This document shows, piece by piece, positions 8,293 through 16,801 of a stretch of DNA of 30,594 bases. Position numbers and translations under genes: made by a program. This DNA comes from an uncultured archaeon (GTDB lineage: Archaea > Altiarchaeota > Altiarchaeia > IMC4 > SCGC-AAA252-I15), in contig CAZPLO010000003.1 in NCBI GenBank assembly GCA_964587725.1, positions 85,670-116,263 of the forward strand. Reading direction: 5' to 3'. The stretch's first letter is position 1. Each line of letters starts with the position of its first letter. Below the pieces are notes generated by a model. It did no database searches. It was not told the DNA's origin and saw nothing but the letters and a program-made list of their open reading frames with translations.

Positions 8293-8568
8293 ATGGTTCC
8301 CGTGGCGGGCATCAGACTGGACTACCTGCTCAAGATTGTGGAGGGCCTGCGGGGAAACAAAGAGCTGAGGAACATCCTCGGAGACCCGGTGGAAAAACAC
8401 ATTGTGTTGCTGGTGGAGGACGGGAGGTTCAAGTTCAACTCCCTGACACCCTATGGTGGGGAGGAGAAAACCTTTGCAGAGGAGGATAGGGTGCGGGCTA
8501 AGGAGATAGTCGAGTCGGTAATAAATGCGAATTACCCTGGCACGGAAGGCCTTCCGGAGGTGCGGTGA
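8293..8568 (+). CDS. Hypothetical protein
   Basis: 91-aa ORF with coding-like composition; TTTAAATA about 22 nt upstream suggests a leaderless transcript. Confidence 0.7.
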   Translation: MVPVAGIRLDYLLKIVEGLRGNKELRNILGDPVEKHIVLLVEDGRFKFNSLTPYGGEEKTFAEEDRVRAKEIVESVINANYPGTEGLPEVR

Positions 8569-8672
8569 TGGCTGAGGCGGAATACTACGACGAGTCCGAG
8601 TCCATGGCCGGCTCCGTGATGAACATGGCTTTGGTCGGCGGCATGATAGGTTTCGGATTGGGGATGATCTAA
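8568..8672 (+). CDS. 34-aa small membrane protein (not in ORF track)
   Basis: MAEAEYYDESESMAGSVMNMALVGGMIGFGLGMI; TGATG stop/start overlap with the upstream gene and a GGAGGTG SD. Confidence 0.65.
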   Translation: MAEAEYYDESESMAGSVMNMALVGGMIGFGLGMI

Positions 8673-8707
8673 TCAAGCTTAAATAGTTTCTATTTCAATA
8701 TTTTCCC

Positions 8708-9865
8708 ATGAAATTCATCGGTTTTGGTGTGTTGGTGGTTTTGTTTGTTTTAGCGTCCGGATGCATTGAAGGTTTAACGCCCAGTGCTGCTACGTCGACG
8801 ACTCAGCCGTCGATTGTTTGCAACAGGCCCTACATTAGGGTTGGCGGCGACTGCTGCCTCGACCGCGACGGCAACGGAGTATGCGACCGGGATGAGACCT
8901 CCATGACGGAGCCGTCGATGACGCCGACCACTGCCGTGACCCCAACAACGGCTGCGATGCAGCCGTCGCCGGATGCGATGTGCAACACCGACGCCGACTG
9001 CGGCGAACCCGAGGTGATGGTCGTTTGCAGTGAAGACGATGTGGTCAAGCTTACCGTAACCTACCGGTGTGTTAGGCCGGGGATGTCCTCGGCGGACTGC
9101 ATAGCCCGAGCCCGCTCAGAAATTGTTGACACCTGCGAAGCCGATGAAATCTGCTACTTCGGAGTCTGCGTGGACGAAGACGTGGCCGACGACTACGAGA
9201 CCACCACCACGATGGCGCCTGAGACCACCACGACCACTGTGCCGGGCGCGTCGACAACATCCACTTCATCCACTACAACAACCACCGGCGGAGGCGGGAT
9301 AATGGAGGAAACTACTACGACCACGTTGTTCTCCCTGCCGTGCGCCGCACTGCCCGCTTGGACCCCCAGTCAATGCAGTATAAGGTCGTGCAGCGGCTTC
9401 AACACGTGCGTGTATGTGCCTTCCGCCAACCCGCTGCTGCCGGGTTCCTGCACCTGCAAGAGTCTGATGCTGACGACTACGACGCTGATGCCTGTCCTGC
9501 CCTGCAGCGGATTCCCCGCGTTCACGCCGTCGTCCTGCACGGGCAGAACCTGTCTTTCGGGCACCTGCGTGTATGTGCCGTCCGCCAACCCGCTAATCCC
9601 CGGCTCCTGCGCATGCAAGGCAACCACGACCACGTTGGGTATGGCGCCCATGACGGTGATGCCCACGGTAACGCTGCCTGGTGGACTGTTCACCACCACG
9701 ACCACCACACTAGGCTACGCTCCGATGACTGTGATGACGTTGCCTGGCGGAGGATTGTTCAAGACCACGACCACTACGACGTTGGGCATGGCTCCGATGA
9801 CACTCCAGCCTGTGATGACGACCATCCCAATGATACAGCCGACATTGTATATCCCACGGTATTAG
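8708..9865 (+). CDS. Thr/Cys-rich surface lipoprotein with internal repeats
   Basis: VLASGC lipobox, CCLDRDGNGVCD, poly-Thr linkers, 2x CVYVPSANPL(L/I)PGSCxCK, 3x TTTTLG(M/Y)APMT. Confidence 0.85.
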   Translation: MKFIGFGVLVVLFVLASGCIEGLTPSAATSTTQPSIVCNRPYIRVGGDCCLDRDGNGVCDRDETSMTEPSMTPTTAVTPTTAAMQPSPDAMCNTDADCGEPEVMVVCSEDDVVKLTVTYRCVRPGMSSADCIARARSEIVDTCEADEICYFGVCVDEDVADDYETTTTMAPETTTTTVPGASTTSTSSTTTTTGGGGIMEETTTTTLFSLPCAALPAWTPSQCSIRSCSGFNTCVYVPSANPLLPGSCTCKSLMLTTTTLMPVLPCSGFPAFTPSSCTGRTCLSGTCVYVPSANPLIPGSCACKATTTTLGMAPMTVMPTVTLPGGLFTTTTTTLGYAPMTVMTLPGGGLFKTTTTTTLGMAPMTLQPVMTTIPMIQPTLYIPRY

Positions 9866-10728
9866 ACGTCCAGGCCCCAGACTATGCGGATGGCGTAGCC
9901 GATGGCGAACGTTACCGCGGCCACGCCCAAACTTATTCCCGACATCTCCAGAAACCGCGGTCCGAAGGCCAGGTCCCTCGCCACTGAAATGTAGAATGTG
10001 AACACCAGTATCACGAGTATGGCGTTCAACAGCGTGAACGCCAGCGCCGCGTAAATGTTCGGTATCAGCAGATACGGGACTATTAGGAAGAATACTGTGA
10101 GCACGTAGGCGCCGCCGGTGTACACCGACGCCTTCACAGGATCCTTGCCATCGCCGGGCTCCGCCTTGGTTGAAAGATACTCCGACGCCGCCATCGACAG
10201 CGACGCCGCGATGCCTGTTATGAGGCCGGTTACAGCCACCAGACGGGCTTCCTGCAGTGCGAGGGTGAATCCTGCGAGGGCGCCCGTCAACTCTACTAAC
10301 GCGTCGTTCAACCCCAGCACAATCGACCCCACATACTTGAGGCGTTCCTCGTCTATCATGCCTATGAGCTGTTTCTCATGCTCCTCCTCCTCGTCCGCTA
10401 TCTCCGCAGCCCCGGGTATGCGCTCCGCCAGCTCCCTGTAGGACACCTGCGCCCGCTCCTCACCCTTCTCCATCAGCCGCACGCCGAAGGTGAGGCCCAA
10501 TACCCGGGCCATGAGATAGTAGAACCATATCCTCACCCTGTCGGGTTCCACGTCCTCGCCGGCATGCTGTTTCCAGAAGCTGTAGTGGCGTAGTTCGTCC
10601 TCGCCGATTCTCTCCAACACTTCGCTGTTGGGGGCTTCCACAGTGCCTGCCAGTCTGCGGTAGATGTTGTACTCTGTTATCTCGTTCCGCATGGCGGTCA
10701 GAATCTGCTCCCTAGTGGACTCATCCAT
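9862..10728 (-). CDS. Ferritin-like (rubrerythrin-type) domain fused to VIT1/CCC1 transporter
   Basis: Two ExxH motifs (DELRH, EEEEHE); GSIVLGLNDALVE and IAASLSMAASEYLS VIT1 motifs; several TM helices. Confidence 0.92.
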   Translation of the reverse strand: MDESTREQILTAMRNEITEYNIYRRLAGTVEAPNSEVLERIGEDELRHYSFWKQHAGEDVEPDRVRIWFYYLMARVLGLTFGVRLMEKGEERAQVSYRELAERIPGAAEIADEEEEHEKQLIGMIDEERLKYVGSIVLGLNDALVELTGALAGFTLALQEARLVAVTGLITGIAASLSMAASEYLSTKAEPGDGKDPVKASVYTGGAYVLTVFFLIVPYLLIPNIYAALAFTLLNAILVILVFTFYISVARDLAFGPRFLEMSGISLGVAAVTFAIGYAIRIVWGLDV

Positions 10729-12517
10729 TGTGTTTCTTCAATGCGAGGTCGTGGGCTTTCACGTAGTTCTCTATAAGCACCTTCCAGTCGGCGGATGCGG
10801 CCAGCTCCTTCGCATTCAGCCGGCGCTTGGTGAGCTCCCTCTTTTCCATCACAACTATCTCATACAGTCTCGCCTGCAGTTCATCCACCATCTTATCGTA
10901 TGGGGTTCCCTCCACCTCCAAGACGCCTATGCCGTCGCCCCTGCCCTTGATGAACTGGCCGAAGCCGGCGAGGTCGGTGGTTATGGCGAGGGTCCCCTGG
11001 GCGGCGGTCTCCAGCGGCGTGTAGCCCCAGGGCTCGTAGAATGACGGGAACACGCCGACGTCGCAGGTGAGGGTGGCCTGGTTGTAGTCCATGCTTATGA
11101 GGCGGTCGGCGGTCGACAGATAAGCGGGGTAGAATACCACATTCACCCTGTCTTCCTCACGGTTCAGCAGCCCGTTCCTCCTCAGAGCCTGTATTATGCT
11201 GTCCTGCTCCTCAGGATAGGACAGCTCGAACGCGCACAGCGGCGGCGTCTGCCCCTTCCTCTCCACGAAATGCGCGGTCAGCTTCCGCACCTGCTGGAGG
11301 AAGTCTTCGGTCAGAACCTGGTCGGGGACGTCCCCCCGAGCTATGAAGTCGAGTATGCGGTCCTGCACCTCCGGCAGCCGCTCCTGCACCTGCTCCTCAA
11401 TCTCCTCATACAGGGCCTTGTTTTTGAGCACCTGCACGTTCTCCCCGCGTATTGCTGCGGGTATGAATATGAACGCCACCACATGTTTTCCGACGTTCTC
11501 CTCCTTCAGGCGGCTGTTGAGTCTGCCGAGGGCGTCTATGAACACGTCCACGCCCTTGTTGTGGAACTCGTACCTGCCGGATATGAACATGCTGCGGATG
11601 TTGTTGATGTCCAGGTAATAGTATCTGCAGAAATAGGATACGAGGAACTCCCGCATCCGCCTCCGATACTGTTTCCTCAGCACAGACAATTCCTCCGCCT
11701 CCGGGTATTTGCCGGTGTCGAGTCCGTTGTATAATAGTACGTCGGGTTTCTTGCCCAGCAGGTACTCGGCCTCCCTCCCGGTTATCTCGCTGACTGTGGT
11801 GAAAACATCAGCGTTGTTGGCGCACGCCACCTCCACGCTGTATTTGTCCTCGCACCTGTATCGACGGGCCATGTCCAGGTCCGCGCTTCCGCCCGCGCCC
11901 AGGCCGTTGTTGACCATCCCGTAGAGGTCGTCGCCGGCGCCGCTTATGCACCTGCCGAGCATGGTGGCGTGGGTGGTGAACACGGTCGCCACGGGCACGT
12001 TGTTTTTTTTCATGTGGAGTATGGCGAACCCGCTCATCCACTCGTGGAAGTGGCCCACCACCTTCGAGCCCTTATATGGTTCCTCCTTCACCAGCTCCTC
12101 CGTCAGCCGGCCGGTGGCGTGCGACCATCTCATGGGGTCGTCGAACCAGTTGTCGGACCTCAGGGAATCGACTTCGTAGTCCTCCCACAGCTGCTTCTTA
12201 AGCCCGTTAACATCGATTTTGTAGTCTTTCACATCCAACAGTATCACTGTGGGGCGGCCCGGTATCAGCCATGTGCCGTAGTGGCAGGTTACGCCCTCCT
12301 TCTGCAACCGCTTGAAGGCCTTGGCGAGGCCGGCGGGCGGCTTGGTTTCGTCGAACTCCACCCGCGCCTTCGAAGGCTCATAGTAGCCTACGCCGCAGTA
12401 TCCGCCGGCGTACTGCTCAACCATCCTCGCAGCCTTGGACCGTATGACCGTGTATATGCCCCCCACCTTGTTGCAGATTTCATAGGAGGTCTCGAACACG
12501 TATTCCGCGTCTTTCAT
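10721..12517 (-). CDS. Glycogen synthase, GT3 (eukaryote-type) family
   Basis: FETSYEICNKVGGIYTV, HFHEWM, FTTHATMLGR, FTTVSEITG, SGRYEFHNKG, FPSFYEPWGYTPLE. Confidence 0.95.
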   Translation of the reverse strand: MKDAEYVFETSYEICNKVGGIYTVIRSKAARMVEQYAGGYCGVGYYEPSKARVEFDETKPPAGLAKAFKRLQKEGVTCHYGTWLIPGRPTVILLDVKDYKIDVNGLKKQLWEDYEVDSLRSDNWFDDPMRWSHATGRLTEELVKEEPYKGSKVVGHFHEWMSGFAILHMKKNNVPVATVFTTHATMLGRCISGAGDDLYGMVNNGLGAGGSADLDMARRYRCEDKYSVEVACANNADVFTTVSEITGREAEYLLGKKPDVLLYNGLDTGKYPEAEELSVLRKQYRRRMREFLVSYFCRYYYLDINNIRSMFISGRYEFHNKGVDVFIDALGRLNSRLKEENVGKHVVAFIFIPAAIRGENVQVLKNKALYEEIEEQVQERLPEVQDRILDFIARGDVPDQVLTEDFLQQVRKLTAHFVERKGQTPPLCAFELSYPEEQDSIIQALRRNGLLNREEDRVNVVFYPAYLSTADRLISMDYNQATLTCDVGVFPSFYEPWGYTPLETAAQGTLAITTDLAGFGQFIKGRGDGIGVLEVEGTPYDKMVDELQARLYEIVVMEKRELTKRRLNAKELAASADWKVLIENYVKAHDLALKKHNG

Positions 12518-12543
12518 ATTGGGTAAATGATTTGTCAGGCGGA

Positions 12544-12564
12544 TATATAAAGAACGTTTTTATA
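12544..12564. promoter_or_regulatory. Back-to-back TATA boxes for glycogen synthase (-) and hsp20 (+)
   Basis: TATATAAA (12544-12551) and TTTTTATA (12557-12564), 26 and 30 nt from the two ATGs. Confidence 0.7.
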
Positions 12565-12594
12565 GGGGGTTTCAGTATATGTGTTTTGGATAAA

Positions 12595-13131
12595 ATGGAC
12601 GACGAACGCAGGAAACGGAGGAGGAGGTTTTTCGAGGACATGTTCGACGAAGGATTCTTCACCGGCTTCGACGAGGAATTCCGCAGGATGCAGGAGCACA
12701 TGAACCGGATATTCGACGAGGCCATGAGCGGAGGCGAAGATCATAAGAAATACGTCTACGGGTTCACCATGCGCACGGGCCCAGACGGCAAGCCGGTGGT
12801 GGAGGAGTTCGGCAACGTGCCCCGCTCCGGCGCAGCCAAAATCGGCGGGGAACGCGAGCCCCTCGTAGACGTCATAGACGGCGAAGACGAAGTATCCGTG
12901 ATAGCGGAGCTCCCGGGCGTAGACAAGAAAGACATCGACTTGAACGCTGGAGAACGCAGCCTCACCATCTCAGTCGACAAAGAAGACCGCAGATACCATA
13001 AGGGGCTGAAGCTGCCGGCGGACGTCGACCCAGACTCCGTGAAAGCAACATACAAGAACGGCGTACTAGATGTGAAACTCAAACGCATGGAGAAAAAACA
13101 GGAAAAGAAGAAAAAGATACAAATCGACTGA
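12595..13131 (+). CDS. hsp20: Archaeal small heat-shock protein Hsp20
   Basis: YVYGFTMRTGPDGKPVVEEFGNV, REPLVDV, AELPGVDK, ATYKNGVLDV; ATG 12595 preferred over TTG 12532, which lies upstream of the TATA box. Confidence 0.95.
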   Translation: MDDERRKRRRRFFEDMFDEGFFTGFDEEFRRMQEHMNRIFDEAMSGGEDHKKYVYGFTMRTGPDGKPVVEEFGNVPRSGAAKIGGEREPLVDVIDGEDEVSVIAELPGVDKKDIDLNAGERSLTISVDKEDRRYHKGLKLPADVDPDSVKATYKNGVLDVKLKRMEKKQEKKKKIQID

Positions 13132-13135
13132 TTCC

Positions 13136-13858
13136 CTAATGCATCTTCCTCGCGACCGTCAGAAACCCAGTATGTCCGAGCATGCGGGTGTCGGGGCGCA
13201 TTTTGTCGGGTTTCCAGTTGCGGAGCATGGTTTCGAAGGTCTCGTGCATGTAGCCGTCCAATACTTCGGCGAGTTGGCGGCTTTGGTTTATGCTGGGGCT
13301 GTATGATACGAGGGTGCCGCCGGTGTTCAAGGCACCCTCCAAGTTAGGCACTACACGCCATGGTTCGGCGAGGTCCAGGAACACCGAATCCAAGTCTTTT
13401 TCACCTACGCCGTCGTAGATGTCCCGCACCTCCAGCCGCACGTTGTCGACGCCGAACCGGTCGAAGTTTTTGCGCGCTATGTCAGCGAAGTCCTCCCGTA
13501 TTTCATACGTCACAACCTCCTCAGGAGCCACCACATGCGCCAGATACATGGTGAACAGTCCGCTGCCGGTTCCGGACTCCAACACCCTGCTGCCCGAGGA
13601 TGTGCCCGCGTAGGCGGCGGCCAACCCCATGTCCTTCAACGTCATAGCCTGCGGCCCCCTCATCGCCTTAGAAATGAAGTCCAGTATATTCGGCTCCAAG
13701 ACCGTGAAAGCCTGGTTTTTGTTGCTTTTCACCGTGTCTCCCGGCTTCGCAGCCCCTATGTCCGCCGCAGCAGCCATCCCGTAGTTGGTGTGCAGGTCAT
13801 TTCCGTCTTTCACGAGATACTTCCTCCCCTTCCCGTCCACCAGCAGCTTCATAACCAT
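13136..13858 (-). CDS. trmI: tRNA (adenine-57/58-N1)-methyltransferase
   Basis: VLESGTGSG, YEIREDF, FLDLAEPW, YSPSINQ, GHTGFL; start ATG 13858 or 13852 (the track's 14008 start would overlap the divergent gene). Confidence 0.93.
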   Translation of the reverse strand: MVMKLLVDGKGRKYLVKDGNDLHTNYGMAAAADIGAAKPGDTVKSNKNQAFTVLEPNILDFISKAMRGPQAMTLKDMGLAAAYAGTSSGSRVLESGTGSGLFTMYLAHVVAPEEVVTYEIREDFADIARKNFDRFGVDNVRLEVRDIYDGVGEKDLDSVFLDLAEPWRVVPNLEGALNTGGTLVSYSPSINQSRQLAEVLDGYMHETFETMLRNWKPDKMRPDTRMLGHTGFLTVARKMH

Positions 13859-13923
13859 GTGGTAACCCCCGAGGTTATAACCCTGTTCATGCCTCTTAAT
13901 ATATCCCATACCATAATTTAAAG

Positions 13924-16086
13924 ATGAACTACTTTCGGACTGCATTAGCCATCCTGCTGCTGCTGAACACCGCGTCCGCCGCGACCACGTCAGCGTACCA
14001 GGACTCATTCAGTCTCCTGTGGGAGAAGGATTTGAGCGGCGACGTGAAATCAGTGGCGGTTGTTGACTTGGACGGCGACGGCAGCGCGGAGGTGGTGGTG
14101 AACAGCATCTACGTCACAAGCTACGGCACCAGCGGCAGCGTCTACGCCCTCTACGGCGACGGCGAACAGAAGTGGAGGTATCTGGCGGGTCCCATGAAGG
14201 CCTCACACACATCCGAGGACGGCTACACCATAGCCGCGGGCCCCACCGCCGAGTTCATAGGCCCCGACGGACAGTCCGTGTGGAAGCGGGCTACACGAAG
14301 CTCGCAGGCGCAGACCATATACGCGCAGAGCGCCTACGCAGCCGACGTCAACGGAGACGGGCGCACCGACGCCGTATTGGGGACGAACGTCGGCACCAAA
14401 GGGGATTTGTTGAGTGTGCGGGACAGCGGCGGCGGCGAAATCCTGGACCTCAACTTCAAGGGCATGCAGTTCCCCAAAACCCTGTATTCTGTCGACTTGG
14501 ACGGTGACGGCACACATGAACTCCTCATAGGCACGTTGAAGTTCACCCGGAACTCCCTCGCCGAGACACTGGATGAAGCATATAACCGTCCAGCATCGTT
14601 TTTCGTCTACAGCCTATCAGGCACCCTGGAGTGGACCGACAACTACGAGGGCGCCGTCACGGCCGCGGCCGCATGCGACCTGGAAGGCGACGGCATAACC
14701 GAGGTGTTGGTGGGCACCCTAAACAAAATCGCGGTCTACACGCCCGCCGGCCAGCGGCTGTGGGAGAAGGACGTCGCCGGCCAGGTGAACGACATCGTAT
14801 GCGGGGAAGTCGACGGAGAAGCCCCCCTGGAGGTGGTGGTTGGAGCGGGCAGGACATACGTCCTTGAAGCCGACGGAGAGGAGATGTGGAGCTACAGCAC
14901 CGGCGCCGCATACGGCGTGGCGTTGGTGGATTTGGGCTCCGACGGCGTGTCCGAGGTTGTGTCCGCCTCCACCGTATTGCGGATTCTCGACAGCTCCGGA
15001 GACCTGCTGTATAGTTCGGAAAAATACGACTCCATAAACTCACTGGACGTCGGGGACCTGAATGGAGACGGATACGACGAGATAGTATTCGGCGGAAACG
15101 ACGACAAAGTCCGTGCGCTGGAGACCAGGGAGTACTCCCGCCGCATATCAGCGGACAACTACTTCATCCTGGCGAAGGGGGCTTATGAGGCGGGCGACTA
15201 CAACGCCACCCAATACTACGGTGAACGGGCGGAGGAAATGTACCGCATCCTCGGCGAGGAAATGCACGCGCAGAAGTCGGATAAACTGGTCGAAGACGCG
15301 AAGGCGTACGAGGCGGGAGACAACTTCCACAATCTCTCCAGACAGTACTTCAACCAATCCGACTACGACAGGGCGGCGGAGTACGCGGAGAAGGCGTTGG
15401 ACGAGTACCGTAAAGTAAACGACCTGCACAAGCTCAACGAAGTCAACGACTTGAAGAAGCAGGCGGAGCTGCTGCCCGACGCGGGAGAGAATCTGAACCT
15501 TTCACGGAAGTACTTGGCCGAGAAACAGTACGAGAACGCCTCCGACTACGCGTTGAAGGCCCGCAGCGCATACAGTTACATCGGGAACGCGGAGAAGGAG
15601 GCTGAGGCCGATGAAGTCTACCAGCGGGCTCAACTGTACGTCGACTTCTACCGCGGCTGCGAAGTGGTTATGGGCTTCTGCGAGGAAGATAAAGTGGAGA
15701 ATGCGTCGCAGGCGCTGGAGGACTTGGAGGAGCTCTACCAGCAGATAAACGACACCGCCCTGGAGCCGAAGCTGGACGAAACCAGGGGGCGGGTGAGGAT
15801 GCTGACCATGGACGAGGAGGTGATGCTCTACGGCGGTTTAGGGGTTATTCTGCTGCTGTTGCTGCTGATACTGGCTGCAGCCGTCCTCGTGGGCATGTAC
15901 TTCAAGGAGAAAGGCGGCTTCCGAAGCCTCTCAGACCTATTCGACCACGTACGCCTGTATTTCACCGAATACGGGGTTTGGGCGCGCGAGACCGCGCGTC
16001 GCAGGCCGTCTGAGCGGAAGAGCAGAAGCGGCCTCCGGGGCCTCCGCACCGGGCCGGGGGAGAGCATAGGCGACAGCTTCAGATAA
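13924..16086 (+). CDS. Single-pass membrane protein: signal peptide, 7 FG-GAP-type Ca-binding repeats, TPR-like helical stalk, TM, cytoplasmic tail
   Basis: DLDGDG, DVNGDG, DLDGDG, DLEGDG, EVDGEA, DLGSDG, DLNGDG repeats; repeated Y..A..YA.KA...Y helices; TM GLGVILLLLLLILAAAVLVGMYF. Confidence 0.9.
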   Translation: MNYFRTALAILLLLNTASAATTSAYQDSFSLLWEKDLSGDVKSVAVVDLDGDGSAEVVVNSIYVTSYGTSGSVYALYGDGEQKWRYLAGPMKASHTSEDGYTIAAGPTAEFIGPDGQSVWKRATRSSQAQTIYAQSAYAADVNGDGRTDAVLGTNVGTKGDLLSVRDSGGGEILDLNFKGMQFPKTLYSVDLDGDGTHELLIGTLKFTRNSLAETLDEAYNRPASFFVYSLSGTLEWTDNYEGAVTAAAACDLEGDGITEVLVGTLNKIAVYTPAGQRLWEKDVAGQVNDIVCGEVDGEAPLEVVVGAGRTYVLEADGEEMWSYSTGAAYGVALVDLGSDGVSEVVSASTVLRILDSSGDLLYSSEKYDSINSLDVGDLNGDGYDEIVFGGNDDKVRALETREYSRRISADNYFILAKGAYEAGDYNATQYYGERAEEMYRILGEEMHAQKSDKLVEDAKAYEAGDNFHNLSRQYFNQSDYDRAAEYAEKALDEYRKVNDLHKLNEVNDLKKQAELLPDAGENLNLSRKYLAEKQYENASDYALKARSAYSYIGNAEKEAEADEVYQRAQLYVDFYRGCEVVMGFCEEDKVENASQALEDLEELYQQINDTALEPKLDETRGRVRMLTMDEEVMLYGGLGVILLLLLLILAAAVLVGMYFKEKGGFRSLSDLFDHVRLYFTEYGVWARETARRRPSERKSRSGLRGLRTGPGESIGDSFR

Positions 16087-16130
16087 TATTTAACCCTCTA
16101 CAGGAATACGTTAACCAGGGGTGATGACAG

Positions 16131-16556
16131 ATGCCGAAGAAGAAAGCCAAGTTAAAATCCGAGAAGAAGCCTGCCCGGAAGTCCAAAGCCGGGAAGAAGC
16201 ATTCTAAGGGGAAGTCCAAGCCCAGGAAGAAGCGGGACAGTGTGTTGTCGTCGATGGAGAAGGACCTGCGGAAGAGCTCCCGCTCGGTGATGCTGGAGGA
16301 GGAGATGAAGCCGCAGCGCAGCCACCTGGTGGAGGTCAAACAACACGATAAGGATTTGAACTACTTCTACCGGAAGATGGTGTTGCGGTGCAGGAAGTGC
16401 GAGAGGGACTTCAACCACGAAGCCAAGCTCAAACCCATCGAGGTGGAGCTGTCGTGTCCCAGCTGCAACGAAAGCCACCTCCTAACATTCCACCCGAAGA
16501 GCAAGTTCTACATCGTCCGCTCCAAGTCGTTGGACGTCGTAGACACCCTGGAATAA
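16131..16556 (+). CDS. Lys-rich N-terminus plus zinc-ribbon protein
   Basis: Very basic first 35 aa; CRKC...CPSC; SD GGGGTGA. Confidence 0.8.
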   Translation: MPKKKAKLKSEKKPARKSKAGKKHSKGKSKPRKKRDSVLSSMEKDLRKSSRSVMLEEEMKPQRSHLVEVKQHDKDLNYFYRKMVLRCRKCERDFNHEAKLKPIEVELSCPSCNESHLLTFHPKSKFYIVRSKSLDVVDTLE

Positions 16557-16801
16557 TGCTCGAGAAGGAGCGGCTGGAAAAAGACGCCCTCAACCGCATC
16601 AGATGGGACGACAGCCTCAGCCCCGGAGACTTCACCGTAACCTACTTGGACCGCGTCACCAACCGACTGTTTGAAGTCCCCTACGCGTCCATAGAACACT
16701 CCGGAGACTACTTCACACTGGATGATTCACAGATACCCGTCCACAGGATACGCGAGATAAAACACAAAGGCGAGGTGGTGTGGGCGAAACGGAAAGTTTA
16801 A
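16556..16801 (+). CDS. MJ1316/DUF504 domain protein
   Basis: LNRIRWD...YLDR...IPVHRIREI...GEVVW; true start ATG 16556 (TAATG overlap with the upstream stop). Confidence 0.9.
   Translation: MLEKERLEKDALNRIRWDDSLSPGDFTVTYLDRVTNRLFEVPYASIEHSGDYFTLDDSQIPVHRIREIKHKGEVVWAKRKV

Noticed and set aside
8564-8672. GTGATGA/CCGA motifs suggesting a second C/D sRNA
   Set aside because: No correctly spaced terminal CTGA, guides or stem; better explained by the 34-aa ORF.
12532-12594. N-terminal extension of Hsp20 in the ORF track
   Set aside because: Covers the TATA boxes; ATG 12595 fits better.
13859-14008. N-terminal extension of TrmI in the ORF track
   Set aside because: Overlaps the promoter region and the start of the divergent gene; the recognisable TrmI sequence begins at MKLLVD.
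16117-16127. GTGATGA C-box-like motif
   Set aside because: It is part of the GGGGTGA Shine-Dalgarno of the 16131 gene; no D box at a suitable distance.
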